Shown piece after piece: positions 13,118-26,695 of a stretch of 64,000 nt of DNA. Origin of the DNA: Eledone cirrhosa (Eukaryota); the NCBI GenBank assembly GCA_964016885.1, contig OZ024742.1:355446001-355510000 (forward strand), in the 5' to 3' direction. The translations under genes and the position numbers were made by a program. Below the pieces are notes generated by a model. It worked only from the letters and a program-made list of their open reading frames with translations. It made no database searches and was not told the DNA's origin. The number at the start of each line of letters is the position of its first letter. Position 1 is the first letter of the stretch.

Positions 13118-13867
13118 TGTGCGTATGTGTATCTGCGTATGTGTGTGTGTATGTGTCTGTTTGGGTGTGTATACATGAGAGAAAGAATGAGGGACAAAAG
13201 TTTTAAAGTGTTCTATCGTTATCTTATCAGGTGTGTGTTTGTACTTTGATGTTTCACTGCCTCCGTCTTTCACGCTCTACCCATTTCTTACTATGTTAAG
13301 CTAATGTGAGCCCACGTGTTGGCAACCCCATGGCCCCGGCAGAGAGAATACCGGAGGCGTTTCCCCGGAGGATTGTGAGGCATCCGCGTTGGAAGTGCCA
13401 TTCCAAATTATGAGGATAACCTGTTTCGTACCGATGGTGTGAGTAGTGAATTGGTCCTAGGGCCAAGGGCACCAGAAGTTACAACCTAATCAATAGTTAC
13501 AAGCTGGGAAATAGATCAAATCAGTGTAAGACATACTCCTGTAGTAGAATGTGTGACCTGAAATTGAGAGAACACCTGTCATTAATTGCCTTATTAAAAG
13601 AGCAAATTTATTATTTTTCCCTTTATGATTTCAACTAACAAATGAAAACACCACTGTCTCCAAGTTTAATAAAATAGATTTACAAACGCACAGGGAACTA
13701 GAAGATATATATTAAAAATATTGTTATAGTTGGAGAGGGTCGTATTGTCCTAATATTGCCAAAGATCGTAGAACACTCACCGTTTGGTTTGGTTTCTCTT
13801 CAGTATATTTTGATATTTTCTATAAGTAATTTTGATGGCAATCAATTTTTATTATTGATTGACCAAA

Positions 13868-14051
13868 GGGCGGTGGATTGGCAGTATCAGTAGAGGGTCG
13901 GACGCCATGCTTTCCAGCATAGTTACGTCCCTTTACGATCTGAGTTCAAATCCCGCCGAGGTTGACTTTGCCTTTCATCTTTACGGGCTCGATAAAATAA
14001 AGTACCAGTAATGCACTGGTAATTGCTGGCCTTGTGCCTAAAGTAGAGACA
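13868..14051 (+). mobile_element. Full-length tRNA-derived SINE with 16-bp TSD
   Basis: A-box TGGCAGTATCAG, B-box GAGTTCAAATCC; TSD ATTATTGATTGACCAA at 13851-13866 and 14052-14067. Confidence 0.85.
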
Positions 14052-14611
14052 ATTATTGATTGACCAACAGTTAAGAATATACGTAAAATAATATAAACAC
14101 ACGCAGACTCAGACATGAACACACGAGCCCATGCCAAACAGAATAGCCGCAAACAAACGCATGCGCAAACAGAAACAACAAATTTATACGTTATAGAAAT
14201 ATAAGAAAACACAATGGCAGGGGACACAATGACACTCACTGAAGATATCACAATTTCCAATATTGTTAATCAACCGTTCGTATACGTGTGTGCGTGTTAT
14301 GGTGCTGGCTTTCCAATAATGAGTTAGTGAGTTATATTCTATGATCGTGGCAGGTATTTTGGCCCTGAAAGTGGCAATTCATTTCATTTTACAGAGTACA
14401 CACATTCGCCCTAGGACCGACGTATATCCCGTTCAAATAGGGTATTGTACTTAGTCTAGACACATTTTTGTTGTTTTTATAAACATATCTATTTGTATAA
14501 AAAAAAAGGATCCATCGACTTTCGTCAAATCGGCCCGAGGAAACAATGTTTCCGTTTGTCTTTCCAGTTGCTAGTACTATCTATCGATCGCAGATCCAGG
14601 TAGAAGGACCA

Positions 14612-14700
14612 ATGTGAAATAAAATGTTTTGCTCAAGAACATAACACATCGCCTGGTCCAGGAATCGAACTCACAACCTCAAGATTGTGAATCCAATTCT
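14612..14700 (-). mobile_element. CORE-like SINE fragment
   Basis: Minus strand GAGTTCGATTCC B-box followed by TTCTTGAGCAAAACATTTTATTTCAC. Confidence 0.5.
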
Positions 14701-16545
14701 CTATTGATTGCCATCTAAATTACTTATAAAAAATACCAATGCTCAATTGTATAAAAAGTACATGAAAAAATGACAAGTCAGTCAACCATATTGATGGCCT
14801 CCCTACAGCCCCGGTGGACAAAATGGAGAAGGCGTTTCCCCAGGGAGACGCGCTGGAAAAGCCATTCCAACTCGCAAGGCTCACACGTGCGGCTGTACTT
14901 AGTTGTACTTGTACTTAATTATTTCACGCCTATGTAACTGCTATAATCTGCAGGTTTTGTCAAGACAGTGCAAGTGTGTGAGTGTATGTACAACGATAAC
15001 TCTTTGAGGATTATTTATTTTATAATGGTAAGAATGATTTTGATAGTTGGAAAAGTGATTAGTAGCATCTAAATAATTGTTATATGGAAGCTTTCAAGGT
15101 AAAATATTTGTTATATGGGTTATTGTTATGACAAATCATTTCATGAAATCAGCACACACTAATAACATACACACTGTAACACACACACACACATACTCTC
15201 CCACTCTCACTATCTCTCCCATCTCCCTCCCTCTCTCTCTCCATCTCTCCCTCTCCCCCAACATCCCCCTCCCTCTCTCTCTAATACACACACTGAAACA
15301 TACGTAAATACCCTTATTACTCTATCATATATTCTACCTAACGTATTGATTAAAATAATTTATTTGGCTTCGGTTGTTGTATGACAGCCTGTATTCTAGG
15401 TGGTTTACACAGAAACATCATTATGCAAACAAGTGATTGTGAAATCATCGATGAAAAATTGATGTGAAATAGATAAGGTTAATTCAGGTCCACATTTATC
15501 AATGATCCCATTGGTGTGTTTATAATTATTCTGACATCGGAAATAGTATCTTGTAAAAGAGTCATGACCTGTGGAATGTTTTGTATCTTCAAAATGCTCT
15601 ACAAATTGATTTAAAGTAATTAAAATGTAAAAAACAGTTATTACACAGTCACCGATTCTGCCAAGAATTTCGAACAGCTTTTAAGGCATTGCCGTAACAA
15701 AAATTAGCATTAATGCATCGTATTGTACAGAGACACAGAAGTAGACATGTAAACGCGGGAATGAATTTTCTGTCTTGTCCGTGGGGCGCAGCCTTATTAC
15801 CGCCCCATCCTAGTCCCAGAGCCCAATCCCCCTTATCCCCCCTCCCCATTCTTCTGTGACACCAGAACACTTACCATTCTCTTCCACCATATGCAATACT
15901 TAATTGTTTATTACTTTTCATCAGAAAGCCTATAATAGTGGCGGTCAGCGATTCACTACGCGGTAGAATTCAGCAATGGGATTTTCGTTTAAGAAAATGT
16001 AAATAAGTTAAAAATAGAATGAAATACAGTCAGTGATGTCTCTACTTGGTAATATTACAACGATGAGAACACATGAACACATTATACAGGTTGACTGATA
16101 AAATTACAAGTTAGTCTATCATGTTGGTAACCTCCCACAGCCCCAGCGGACAGAATGGAGATCGGCTTTTTTGTATATTTTCATATTTTACATTTCATTC
16201 GTTCTTCTCAATCCAAATTTTCTTTTTTCTGTCTTTCTATTAAATTGTATATATACAAGATATATTTTTACATAGAATAAATTAAGTGTTGATAGAGTGA
16301 ATATTTGTAATAAAAGACACAACCTTCACTTATACAGATAATAGTATACACACAAACACAGGTAAATACACATATGTAACATGAATTACTCACCCATCAC
16401 ATCCATCAAGATAGCACCTTTGTCTCTTCAACGATCATACCTATTTTTTTTATCTCAACGTTTATTTTTCCTGTTGAATGTCTCTATTACGTTTAGACAC
16501 ATTTTGCGTTTACAAGCATGAAATATATATATAGAGAGAGAGAGA

Positions 16546-16738
16546 GGAAAAAATATGACCCCGACGGCAGAGCTCGAGCCGTTCCGACAGCTATTTCAGT
16601 CCAGAAATAGCTGTCGAAACGGCTCGAGCTCTACCGTCGGGGTCATATTTTTTCCTATTTCCCACTCTACTACCCTAAGTATTGAATACTCTGGTGCGTT
16701 ATGGTCCATCTGGTTCCTTACCACAATTCCTTTGTTAT
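16546..16738 (+). repeat. (TA)n-abutting 3'-tail family with fold-back; other copies at 26490-26596(+), 28080-28265(+, divergent), 38991-39078(-), 50108-50250(+), 58640-58795(-)
   Basis: Shared GAAACGG..CCGTC (HHR stem III-like) ...CCCACTCTACTACCC...GGTTCCTTACCACA..GTTATATA. Confidence 0.8.
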
Positions 16739-16739
16739 A

Positions 16740-16850
<111 letters not shown>

Positions 16851-17039
16851 CGTGTTTGTGTATGTGTGTGTGTGTATAATTGTGTGTATGTATTAGTGGT
16901 GACATTGAAACATGAATGGGAATATCATTCAATACATTTAGATTATATTTGAATTCACTTTACAAAACAATTGCTTTCTCTCTTCAGCTACAGACCACAC
17001 ATACATACATACATATATATATATATATTTATATATATA

Positions 17040-17250
17040 TTTATTTATTAAAATAACAGATTACAATTTAAACAAAAATCGCTGCTTTCACCCTCAACGG
17101 GATCTTCTGAGTAAATATTTGAGTAAATGTCTTCTGAGTAAATATCTTCTGAATAAATATTTGCTCTAGTGTTGTTGTATATTTGATATATATTTATCCT
17201 TATAGAGCCCTCTTTGGATTTTAGTCTTCACATTTATTATTATTACAATA
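17040..17250. repeat. Inverted element-A tail fragments with an iterated junction
   Basis: HHR half on minus (17040-17108), repeated TCTTCTGAGTAAATAT-like units, then distal tail on plus. Confidence 0.8.
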
Positions 17251-17302
17251 TATATATTTTTTTTATCCAATAACTTATTTCAGTTATTGTATCGCCCTAG
17301 GC

Positions 17303-17370
17303 GGATGTATATTGTCTGTAATGCGAAGAAATACCTATGATGCCTAGTAGACAACTGATGATGGATATTC
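17303..17370 (+). ncRNA. Candidate type III hammerhead (3' part lost)
   Basis: GGAUGUA-UA-UUGUCUG..UAGACAA-CUGAUGA-UGGAUAUUCC; homologous to 26897 and 27421. Confidence 0.4.
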
Positions 17371-17393
17371 CTACCTTCTATTTCTAATTCTTC

Positions 17394-17471
<78 letters not shown>

Positions 17472-17476
<5 letters not shown>

Positions 17477-17874
17477 AGGAAAAGCGAAGTAGTTTCAGAT
17501 GTTCAAGTCCTTTAATAATAATGATGTGATATATATTTCAATGACGACACTGGCCACACTGTTCTGTGTGCGAGTGTCGTGTCATCATCAGACAGCTTGT
17601 TACATGGAATTGGTACTCACAGGAATTGGTACTCACAGGAATTGTTACTCACAAGGGAACGGATGAAAAACTCAAAAGCACGAACTTCATCCGTTCCCAT
17701 ATCGATTCAGTTTGGATTGCCTCGGAAACATAACCTTATTATGTAACAAGCTGTCTGATTATGACACGACACTCGCACACAGAACAGTGTGGCCAGTGTC
17801 GTCACTGAAATATATATCACAGCATTATTATTAAAGGACTTGAACATCTGAAACTACTTCGCTTTTCCTTATTC
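17472..17874. repeat. Fold-back with an HHR in each arm (17523-17596 minus; 17750-17823 plus)
   Basis: GCUGU-CUGAUGA-long stem II-GAAA-UAUAUA-UC-ACAGC (consensus of both arms); spacer has three 17-bp repeats. Confidence 0.85.
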
Positions 17875-17946
17875 GATATTTACTCCGTCACTCCTATGTG
17901 GAAAAAGTACGTTGAGTGCTTGAATTGAATTGCATGAATATTTACC

Positions 17947-18019
<73 letters not shown>

Positions 18020-18020
18020 C

Positions 18021-18131
<111 letters not shown>

Positions 18132-18164
18132 GAGATCAAAAGATGGTTAAAGGAGTTCCATGTA

Positions 18165-18231
18165 TTTTATTATGCGCATTTCACAAACAAACATCATCAT
18201 GCAATAATATTTGTGTTTTCATCAGATAAAA
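18165..18231 (-). ncRNA. Type I hammerhead inside a short fold-back (~40-bp inverted ends, 18130-18350)
   Basis: UUUUAU-CUGAUGA-stem II-GAAA-UGCGCA-UA-AUAAAA. Confidence 0.75.
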
Positions 18232-18438
18232 CAGGAGAACATGATATGAAGGCTAAAAAACACTTGTGGATAGTGTAGTTTTAAATCAACATATGAAAAG
18301 TGGTTTTAGATAAAATACATGGAACTCCTTTAACCATCTTTTGATCTTATATTATATATACTCCAGTCCTACAAACTGTAGAGTGCTTCTTATCCGATAT
18401 CTGCATTGCTTTATTGTACTACAATAAAACTCACCTCC

Positions 18439-18487
<49 letters not shown>

Positions 18488-18488
18488 G

Positions 18489-18524
<36 letters not shown>

Positions 18525-18530
18525 TGTATG

Positions 18531-18629
<99 letters not shown>

Positions 18630-18709
18630 TATTACTTGATATCATCATAATCGTTTAACGTCTAGCGTGGAAGATAGACGTTAACCGATGATGATGATGA
18701 TATATAGTA

Positions 18710-18772
<63 letters not shown>

Positions 18773-20155
18773 AATATATATATATAATGACATCTAAAAT
18801 ATTTTTGACATGACAATTAAAAATGTATCAATATATGTATTGTTGTGAGAGTCTGCATGTTGCCACACTACAGTCGATATTGCTTTTTCGTTTGTACGTA
18901 TATTCTCTAACGTTGATCAATTTGATTTGTAGAGAAATGGTGTCATGGTCTCGTACGAAACATCGCCCACGTGACTTGTTAAACGTCAACCTACATACTC
19001 GTCTACCATCTCTCACTTCTACTTATACATAACATTTATACATCAAATATCTGACATCGCATACGCATTAATCCACGAAATATCTCACTAAAATTCTAAT
19101 CGCTTTGCATTTCTAACATTTCCTTTCAATATTTGAAACAAAAATACCACACTAACATGATGCAGATGCCAATATAAGGAATGCAAATATGTAGTAAAGG
19201 TTATTAAGGCAGTTGGATGTTCGTCAGAAAACCACTTATGCACATAAGCACTATTTTTTCAATAATGTTTCTCGCGAAACTGTTCCAAATGTCTGGAATA
19301 ATTGAATTAGAATCTAAAGTGAAATGCCAAGAAAACTGTTTGTCTTATATATTATCTCCGGTCACATTTTATATCCTTAATCTGGCAAACATGCCAGCAA
19401 CCTATCAGAGGAGAAAAAAGAAAGATTCTAAAACTCTATTTTTACGTACAATTCTTCTTCTTCTTCTTCTTCTTCTTACATTTGTTAAACTTCATCCCAC
19501 CACTCTTTACCTTCTAAACCCTTTCACAGATAGGCTAAAGGACCAATATAAATGCTTTTTTCCGTGTTTTTAGTTAAGGTGCTTCACCCTTTGACTGGGA
19601 ATTGTGTCGAGGTAGACTTTCCATCCTGCAATTAATATAACAAATGACATTAGAATGTCCATGTTTATAAAATATTTGTATTTCTTTTTTTAAATACATG
19701 TACAAAACGCTGTTTTATTATTTTGATTATGTCTTTAATTTTCTTAAATAGTTATGACTCATTACAGTATAATGTTTGAACTAGTTTCGTTAAATTATAT
19801 ATTTCGATTATATCTTCCAGTTCGTTTCCTGTGAAATAGTGGTCGTTAAAATTGTAAAATGTTTTATTGTGTTAAATCATTCAATTTGATTTCCGCCCTT
19901 TTCCCCTATATATATTAAAAGTGCAACACACGAAACTGTTTTTGTTTAGAGATAATATTGTTTAGTTATTCGATGTCTTTCCATATTTATGTTAAAGTGA
20001 AATAATTGTTCTGAGCAAAACTTAATATTATACTTAAGCGTTAATATACTGAGGCGTGGATAACTTTCGGATGAGACGGTCACTTCGCAGTCCTGTGTTT
20101 CACATTAGATTACAGTATACGGTACAACATTGCTGCCTTCATATCGTTATTTAGA

Positions 20156-20339
20156 GGCGGTGGATTGGCAGTATCGGTAGAGGGTCGGACGCCATGCTTT
20201 CCAGCATAGTTACGTCCCTTTACGATCTGAGTTCAAATCCCGCCGAGGTTGACGTTGCCTTTCATCCTTAAGGGGTCGATAAAATAAAGTACCATTAATG
20301 CACTGGGTAATCGCTGGCCTTGTGCCTAAAGTAGAAACA
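20156..20339 (+). mobile_element. Full-length tRNA-derived SINE with 10-bp TSD
   Basis: Same family as 13868; TSD GTTATTTAGA at 20146-20155 and 20340-20349. Confidence 0.85.
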
Positions 20340-21959
20340 GTTATTTAGATGCATGCATGCGACGAGAAGCTGCAATATAATTGTTAATTGGTAAGCGGGT
20401 GTGCACTGACTTTGGGCAATTTTCCTTATTTATTGTGTTTCAGCATGACTGATTGAACTTCGTACACATTTGCTGCTCACTGCTTCCGCGCGTAAGATGA
20501 GTTGGTTTCAGACATCTCGTTGTTAGGTATCTCTTCTACCTGAAAACTCAGATACTTGTAGACTTTAGCAAGAATGCCTGGAATTGAAATGGATAACCTA
20601 CAAAGCTTTATGGGAAATATAACTTTTGCGTGAAACTTTACTTGCTCTCTCGAATAAGAATGTTGGATAAGGTTATAAGGATGGTAAGCAATAGCTTGTA
20701 GTTTAATTACTTTGGTGGTGAAAGCCATATAATAGTTAATATTTCTGTGTGATGTGTGTGTTGTGTGTGATATGTGTGATATGTGTGATATGTGTGATGT
20801 GTGTGATGTGTGTGATATGTGTGGAAGTTTTGTTCTGGATCAGTTTCGAAGAAGGCAAATGAGCGATAAATAAAATGTGTGAGGAAAGTGTACAAGATAA
20901 AGATGTTTTTGTCATTTGAAACGCCTCACATTAACATTCCACTAAATATGTTTGCTATAAATAACCAACATTTAAAAGAATCTACAAGAGCCATGTAGCA
21001 CACCTATAACCAATGTAGCACACCTACTAGTTAACATCATGAATATAGACGTCAATAACAAAAGACATATTTATAAGTTAATTTTACTTGTATTGTTTTC
21101 TTTTCTGAAAGATGTAATATTTACACTTGCATGTGTACTGAGCGCTCATTCAGTTAATATTTCAATACTTCCGTGTATTATAATACATACAACACTCTCT
21201 TCGAGGTATTTGTAAGCATTATCTGGTGTCCTTCACCCTAGGACCACACCCCTTCCCACCATTATCGGCACAGAGTTGGCTACCCGCAGGTGTGACCCAC
21301 ACGAACTGGAATGGATCTTCTAACACGTCACTTTCACCATCCTCCGAGGAAACACCTTCTCTATTCTGACCGACGGGGCCACGGGGTGGCCAGCGCGTGA
21401 GCCCCCATTTGCAGTAATACTGAGAGATGGGGAGAGTGAGAGAGACGTGGGCAGTGACTATACCAGCATTGCTGGAATATTTTGTAGAGTCAAAGGTTAC
21501 GTAAATAGGTTTATAGTCATATATACTGTGTTATAGCTTGATCATAACAACCAAAAACGACTATTTTTCCAGAATTTCAAATTAACCTTAAAAGCGTTGA
21601 AGAATGATTTTATTTTCATAGAATTTCAATCATATTTAAATCTACAGTTTTTACCACATTCATCCTCTTCGGTGCAATTTCACGCGTCACATTAAATAGA
21701 GGTTTTGTCGTTGTCACATCGAAATATCAAACACCATACGTTAATTTATAGGTTTACAGGGCCAGAGATATGATGATGTGAATGTAACAACAACGGAGAG
21801 AGGAATCAGATATCCATACGTCTAACACGAAAGTGCAATATTTGACAATTTTGTTTTACGTGTCATTATATCGTCAGAGAATACTAAAACAGAGACAGTA
21901 GTGGTTATAAACACATTCCTTTGGAATAAACAGAATTACATAAACTCCAGTATTAGTAA

Positions 21960-22470
21960 AACTAGCAGAAAAACCACCCTTCCGGTGGTTTTTTGTTAGC
22001 GTGTGTAGTGTACATATTGATATTATACGCAAGTATATATGTATATGTATATATGTATTCATGTAGATATGATACATCAAATAAAATCGTAATTGACGAT
22101 ATACACAGAAATTAAACGAAAACTACGTTACTCTGTCTTATGTAATCATGAACGTAATCCATGATACATTAAAAAAAGACGATATTATATATATAAACTG
22201 TATTAGGAGAAAATTAGTGACGGAAATATATGAATGTTTAAACGATAGCTAACCGGAAGTGTTGACATTTGACAATTTTAAAGAAGTGAATCTTAAAATA
22301 AGCAACATAATTATTTATATTTAAGCAAGAATAACGAAATTTAGTAGATAAATTATGTAATATTCATTGATTATTTATTCAAATTAATCCAACTTATTTT
22401 ACAAACGGGATAAAAAAAAACATATTCTGGACGCAGTCCCGCACTCCTTACTTAATTATAGTTTAGATAG
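21960..22470. repeat. Dispersed ~500-bp AT-rich repeat; inverted copy at ~48965-49440
   Basis: Shared blocks such as GTAATCCATGATACATTAAAAAAA and AACCGGAAGTGT; class not identified. Confidence 0.7.
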
Positions 22471-24031
22471 TAAAATATTCAGTGAAACTTAATTAAATCT
22501 TCTTTATAAATTATGATTTAAAATAATTGAAAATAGATTAATACTGGAGTTATGTTAATGTACTATACATTTCTACAATACTTATACAAAGTTAGAATAT
22601 TTTATTAAGTCACTTATTTTTATTAACCGAGCTAAAGGCGCACCAGAGCCTTATGTGAATTTCATTCTATTATATTTGCGGAAATAAATACCTGTCCAGT
22701 GAGGAACTCGTTATAATCGACTACAAACCACATGTCAGTGAAATACATCTTCATACTCTCTCTTCCTGACTGAAAATGAAGCTTAATAATTTTATACAAA
22801 CTTAAAGAATTTTTTCATTATAACTGCCGTGATACTTTTTGACAAACATCATGACGTACGGAATAAGATATATTTTATACAAGAATGAATTCGGTGGGTA
22901 AATAGGAAATATGAATGGAATTAATAAGAATCGCTGTATAGTTGCAGAAACTCGCTAAGGGAAAATGAAAAATCTCATCATTTTAGATATTGAACCTCTC
23001 AAACTATCACTTGCAGCTGACAGAAAATTAAATCAAAATTATAGGATGACATGTTCCATTCTGGTACATATATTTGAGGGTGTTTGTATGTGATGATGTG
23101 AAAGCTGAATACGTCTGTATGAACATATGGCATTTATATGGATATGGTTGGCTATATGTGTGAGAAGGGACATATAAATGTATTCCTGCTCATACACAAT
23201 GTGTGGTAGTCAGCCATTTTTTAAAGGAACGACACTAAAATCTATGAAAATATGGTTGACGGAACACACTTACTCTAAATATTCGATATAAACCTCATAA
23301 TAACGTGATGTGACTTCACAATAAACAAGAAGCGATGATGTCAATATGTGGTATAGAAGAACACTCGCAAACAAATTAAGAATCAAAAGATGGCAGTTAG
23401 AGTCTCACGTACACGTCTACTATGATGATAATATTTGCTTATACATGTACACATGCATCAAATAACACAACACAAACAACATTCAAATTCAGTGCATCCA
23501 CGGTCATACACAATCTCTCAGGCAAGCAAGCATGTATATGCTGTATGCAATAGACAGTATGTACACATATTTCAAATACACATATGTGCCTACATTCATT
23601 CCAATATGTATACACTTGTATACACTGAATGTATACACGGAATCCCACGTATATACGCTCACACATGAATTTGACTTGTACATTCATAAGAATATTTAAC
23701 TTTATGTAAACTTATATATTTGTACACGTACATAAATGAAGATATAGTCGTGTGCGCTCAATTCTCGCTCAAAAGTTTGTCAGCTCTGAAGAGATCAATA
23801 TATGCATATATATATATATTAATTTATATATATACTACGCATATGCATATACACACACACAGAGATATACACACTCACACACACTCACACACACACACAT
23901 ATGCGTGTGTGCGTGTGTATGTGTGTGTGCTTGTGTGTGTGTGTGTGTATGAAAGCTCATAGCTGCGCGTAATACGCATGTTGTCTGGGTTGGGTTTGCT
24001 AATTATGTATATATATGTATGTATGTATATG

Positions 24032-24084
<53 letters not shown>

Positions 24085-24306
24085 AGAGAAAGGGCGATGC
24101 CATGATCGTGTTTGAAAAATATCCTTTTAATTAGTGAATCAATTTACACGAAGTCGCTTAATGTATTTTTATTAATTGCACCGATATGAACTTTTTCACA
24201 ATCTATCCAGACAAATACAAACATGCATGAACATACGCCCGCACACGACAGGACGCCCGCACACGACAGCACGCCCGCACACACACACACGCACACATAC
24301 ACACAT

Positions 24307-24398
<92 letters not shown>

Positions 24399-24420
24399 TA
24401 TCAATTATTCATGCATATAA

Positions 24421-24882
24421 ATTTCGCCGAAAAGAAGTAAGCGACAAAGTCACTACTTTAAAATATTAGCGTAAGGTCTTCAAAATGTTTTTAATTAAAC
24501 ATACGGTATATTGCCAAATATATTATGCGTACATTCATGTATACATCGGTATTTCAGGGCACCAACCCTAATACTTAATTTTTGCTGGACAGGCAATCGC
24601 TCTGTATGATCAGCTCCTGATTATTACTGTAAATTTATAAGAATCCAGATTCTATAATTTTCGGTGGAAGAGGGCAGTACGTAGCTCTGATGATTGCCAA
24701 ACAGGTAACAGACTGTTAGCTTCTCTGGCTTATTTCGCCTAAAAGAAGTAAGTGAAATAGTCACTACTTTACAATGATATCGCAAGGTCTTCGAAATGTT
24801 TTAAATTAAACATGCGGTATATTGCCAAATATATTATACATACACACATGTATACATCGCTATTTCAGAGCTCCAATCCTAA

Positions 24883-24886
<4 letters not shown>
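24421..24886 (+). repeat. 1.5 tandem units (~312 bp) with a degenerate HHR at 24683-24721; retrozyme-like
   Basis: ATTTCGCC..AAAGAAGTAAG at 24421 and 24733; AGCU-CUGAUGA-UUGCC/GGUAA-(GAAA damaged)-CAGACUG-UU-AGCU. Confidence 0.6.
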
Positions 24887-24934
<48 letters not shown>

Positions 24935-24946
<12 letters not shown>

Positions 24947-25896
24947 ACTTATATGTGTATAGACGTACAGTAGTATGTATATACATACATGCACACATAT
25001 ATATATATGTACGTATGGCTTTACCGAACCTTTATTATAATGTTCGATTTGTTTGTAAACAAACAGCCCGAATTACGCCGTACAGTGTTCGACAACCATT
25101 GTCGCCCTTTTGTTAAACACTGACACAGGAACGATGTACTAGTTCCAAACTTGTTATCTATCGTCAGCATCGTATACCTTTCTGTCAGATGATTGAACGT
25201 TTGAAAGTATATACTTTCCCTATGCATATTATCTGCTGAGCAGCCTAATTTGTATATCGAGTGAGTTAGTCGGCCGGGGTACCGAAAACGATAAATGGTA
25301 AAGAATGAAACGAAATTTCCTTTCTCACTCTTAGTACGGCTGCTACCTAAATATAAGTATGTATACGTACATACATATAAGTGTACAGACGTACTGTAGT
25401 ATGTATATATATACATACATGCACACATATATATATGTATGTATGGGTTTACCGAACAGTTATTATAATTTTCGGTTATATATGTGTGCATGTATGTATA
25501 TATATACTTACTAAATCGATATGTAAATTAGGCTGTTCAGCCGTTAATATACATACGGAAAGTATATACTTTCAAACGTTCAATCATCTGACAGAAAGGT
25601 AATAAGCTTGAAACTAGTACATAGTTCCTGTGTCAGTGTTGAGCAAAAGGTGAACGATGGTTGCGCAGCACTGTACGGCGTAATTCGGGCTGTTTGTTTA
25701 CAAACAAACCAAACGTTATACTAAATGTTCGGTAAACCAATACGTACATATATATATATATATGTGTGCATGTATGTATATATATATATACATACTACTG
25801 TACGTATGTACAGATATATGTATGTACGTATGCATACATAAATTTAGGTATCAGCCGTACTAAGAATGAATAATGACATTTCGTTTCATTCTTTTC

Positions 25897-25900
<4 letters not shown>
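24935..25900. repeat. Tandem (~430-bp unit) plus inverted array with HHR at 25132-25172 (minus)
   Basis: CGAUG-CUGACGA..GGAA-CUAG-UA-CAUCG; the inverted arm (25510-25900) keeps GAAACUAGUA but lacks the CUGA strand. Confidence 0.7.
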
Positions 25901-25954
<54 letters not shown>

Positions 25955-26296
25955 CAGTATATATAATATCATAATTGAATATAATTTGACGCAAAGAGTT
26001 AAGTCCCTTTACGATCTGAGTTCAAATCCAGCTGAGGTGAAACTTGCCTATCATCCTTACGTGGGTGGATAAAATAAAGTACCAGTAATGTACTGGGTAA
26101 TTTTCTGGCCTTGTGCCAAAAGTAGAAACAATTATAATTGAATATAAATAGAGATAAACACAGATATATAGACATATGTGTTCAAATTGTAAGGTACCAG
26201 GTTCGCTAGGGTTAAAATAATACCAACTATAACGATAGGGTTTACCAGCCATTTAATTTTAAGATACTATTTTGTGTGTCTAACTTAATATATACC

Positions 26297-26378
<82 letters not shown>

Positions 26379-26592
26379 GGTGTTGGATGATTAAAGCGTC
26401 CGTATGCGGTATGTCGAATGACCACTTTTTTATGTGATATATATATATTTTTTATGTGATATATATACATTTTTATTTAGTCCAGATTTAACCGTCGGGG
26501 TCCTACTCGTTCCTATTACCCACTCTACTACCCTAAGTATTGAGTACTTTGGTGCGTTATGGTCCACCTGGTTCCTTACCACATTTCTTTCG

Positions 26593-26672
<80 letters not shown>

Positions 26673-26695
26673 GTATATATATATATGTATGTCTG

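Noticed and set aside
13868-13960. tRNA gene
   Set aside because: The A and B boxes belong to a SINE head with TSDs and multiple dispersed copies; no cloverleaf.
20430-20730. Possible host exon (TTTCAG...GTAAGA) and an 83-aa minus-strand ORF
   Set aside because: No recognisable protein or partner exons; needs RNA-seq.
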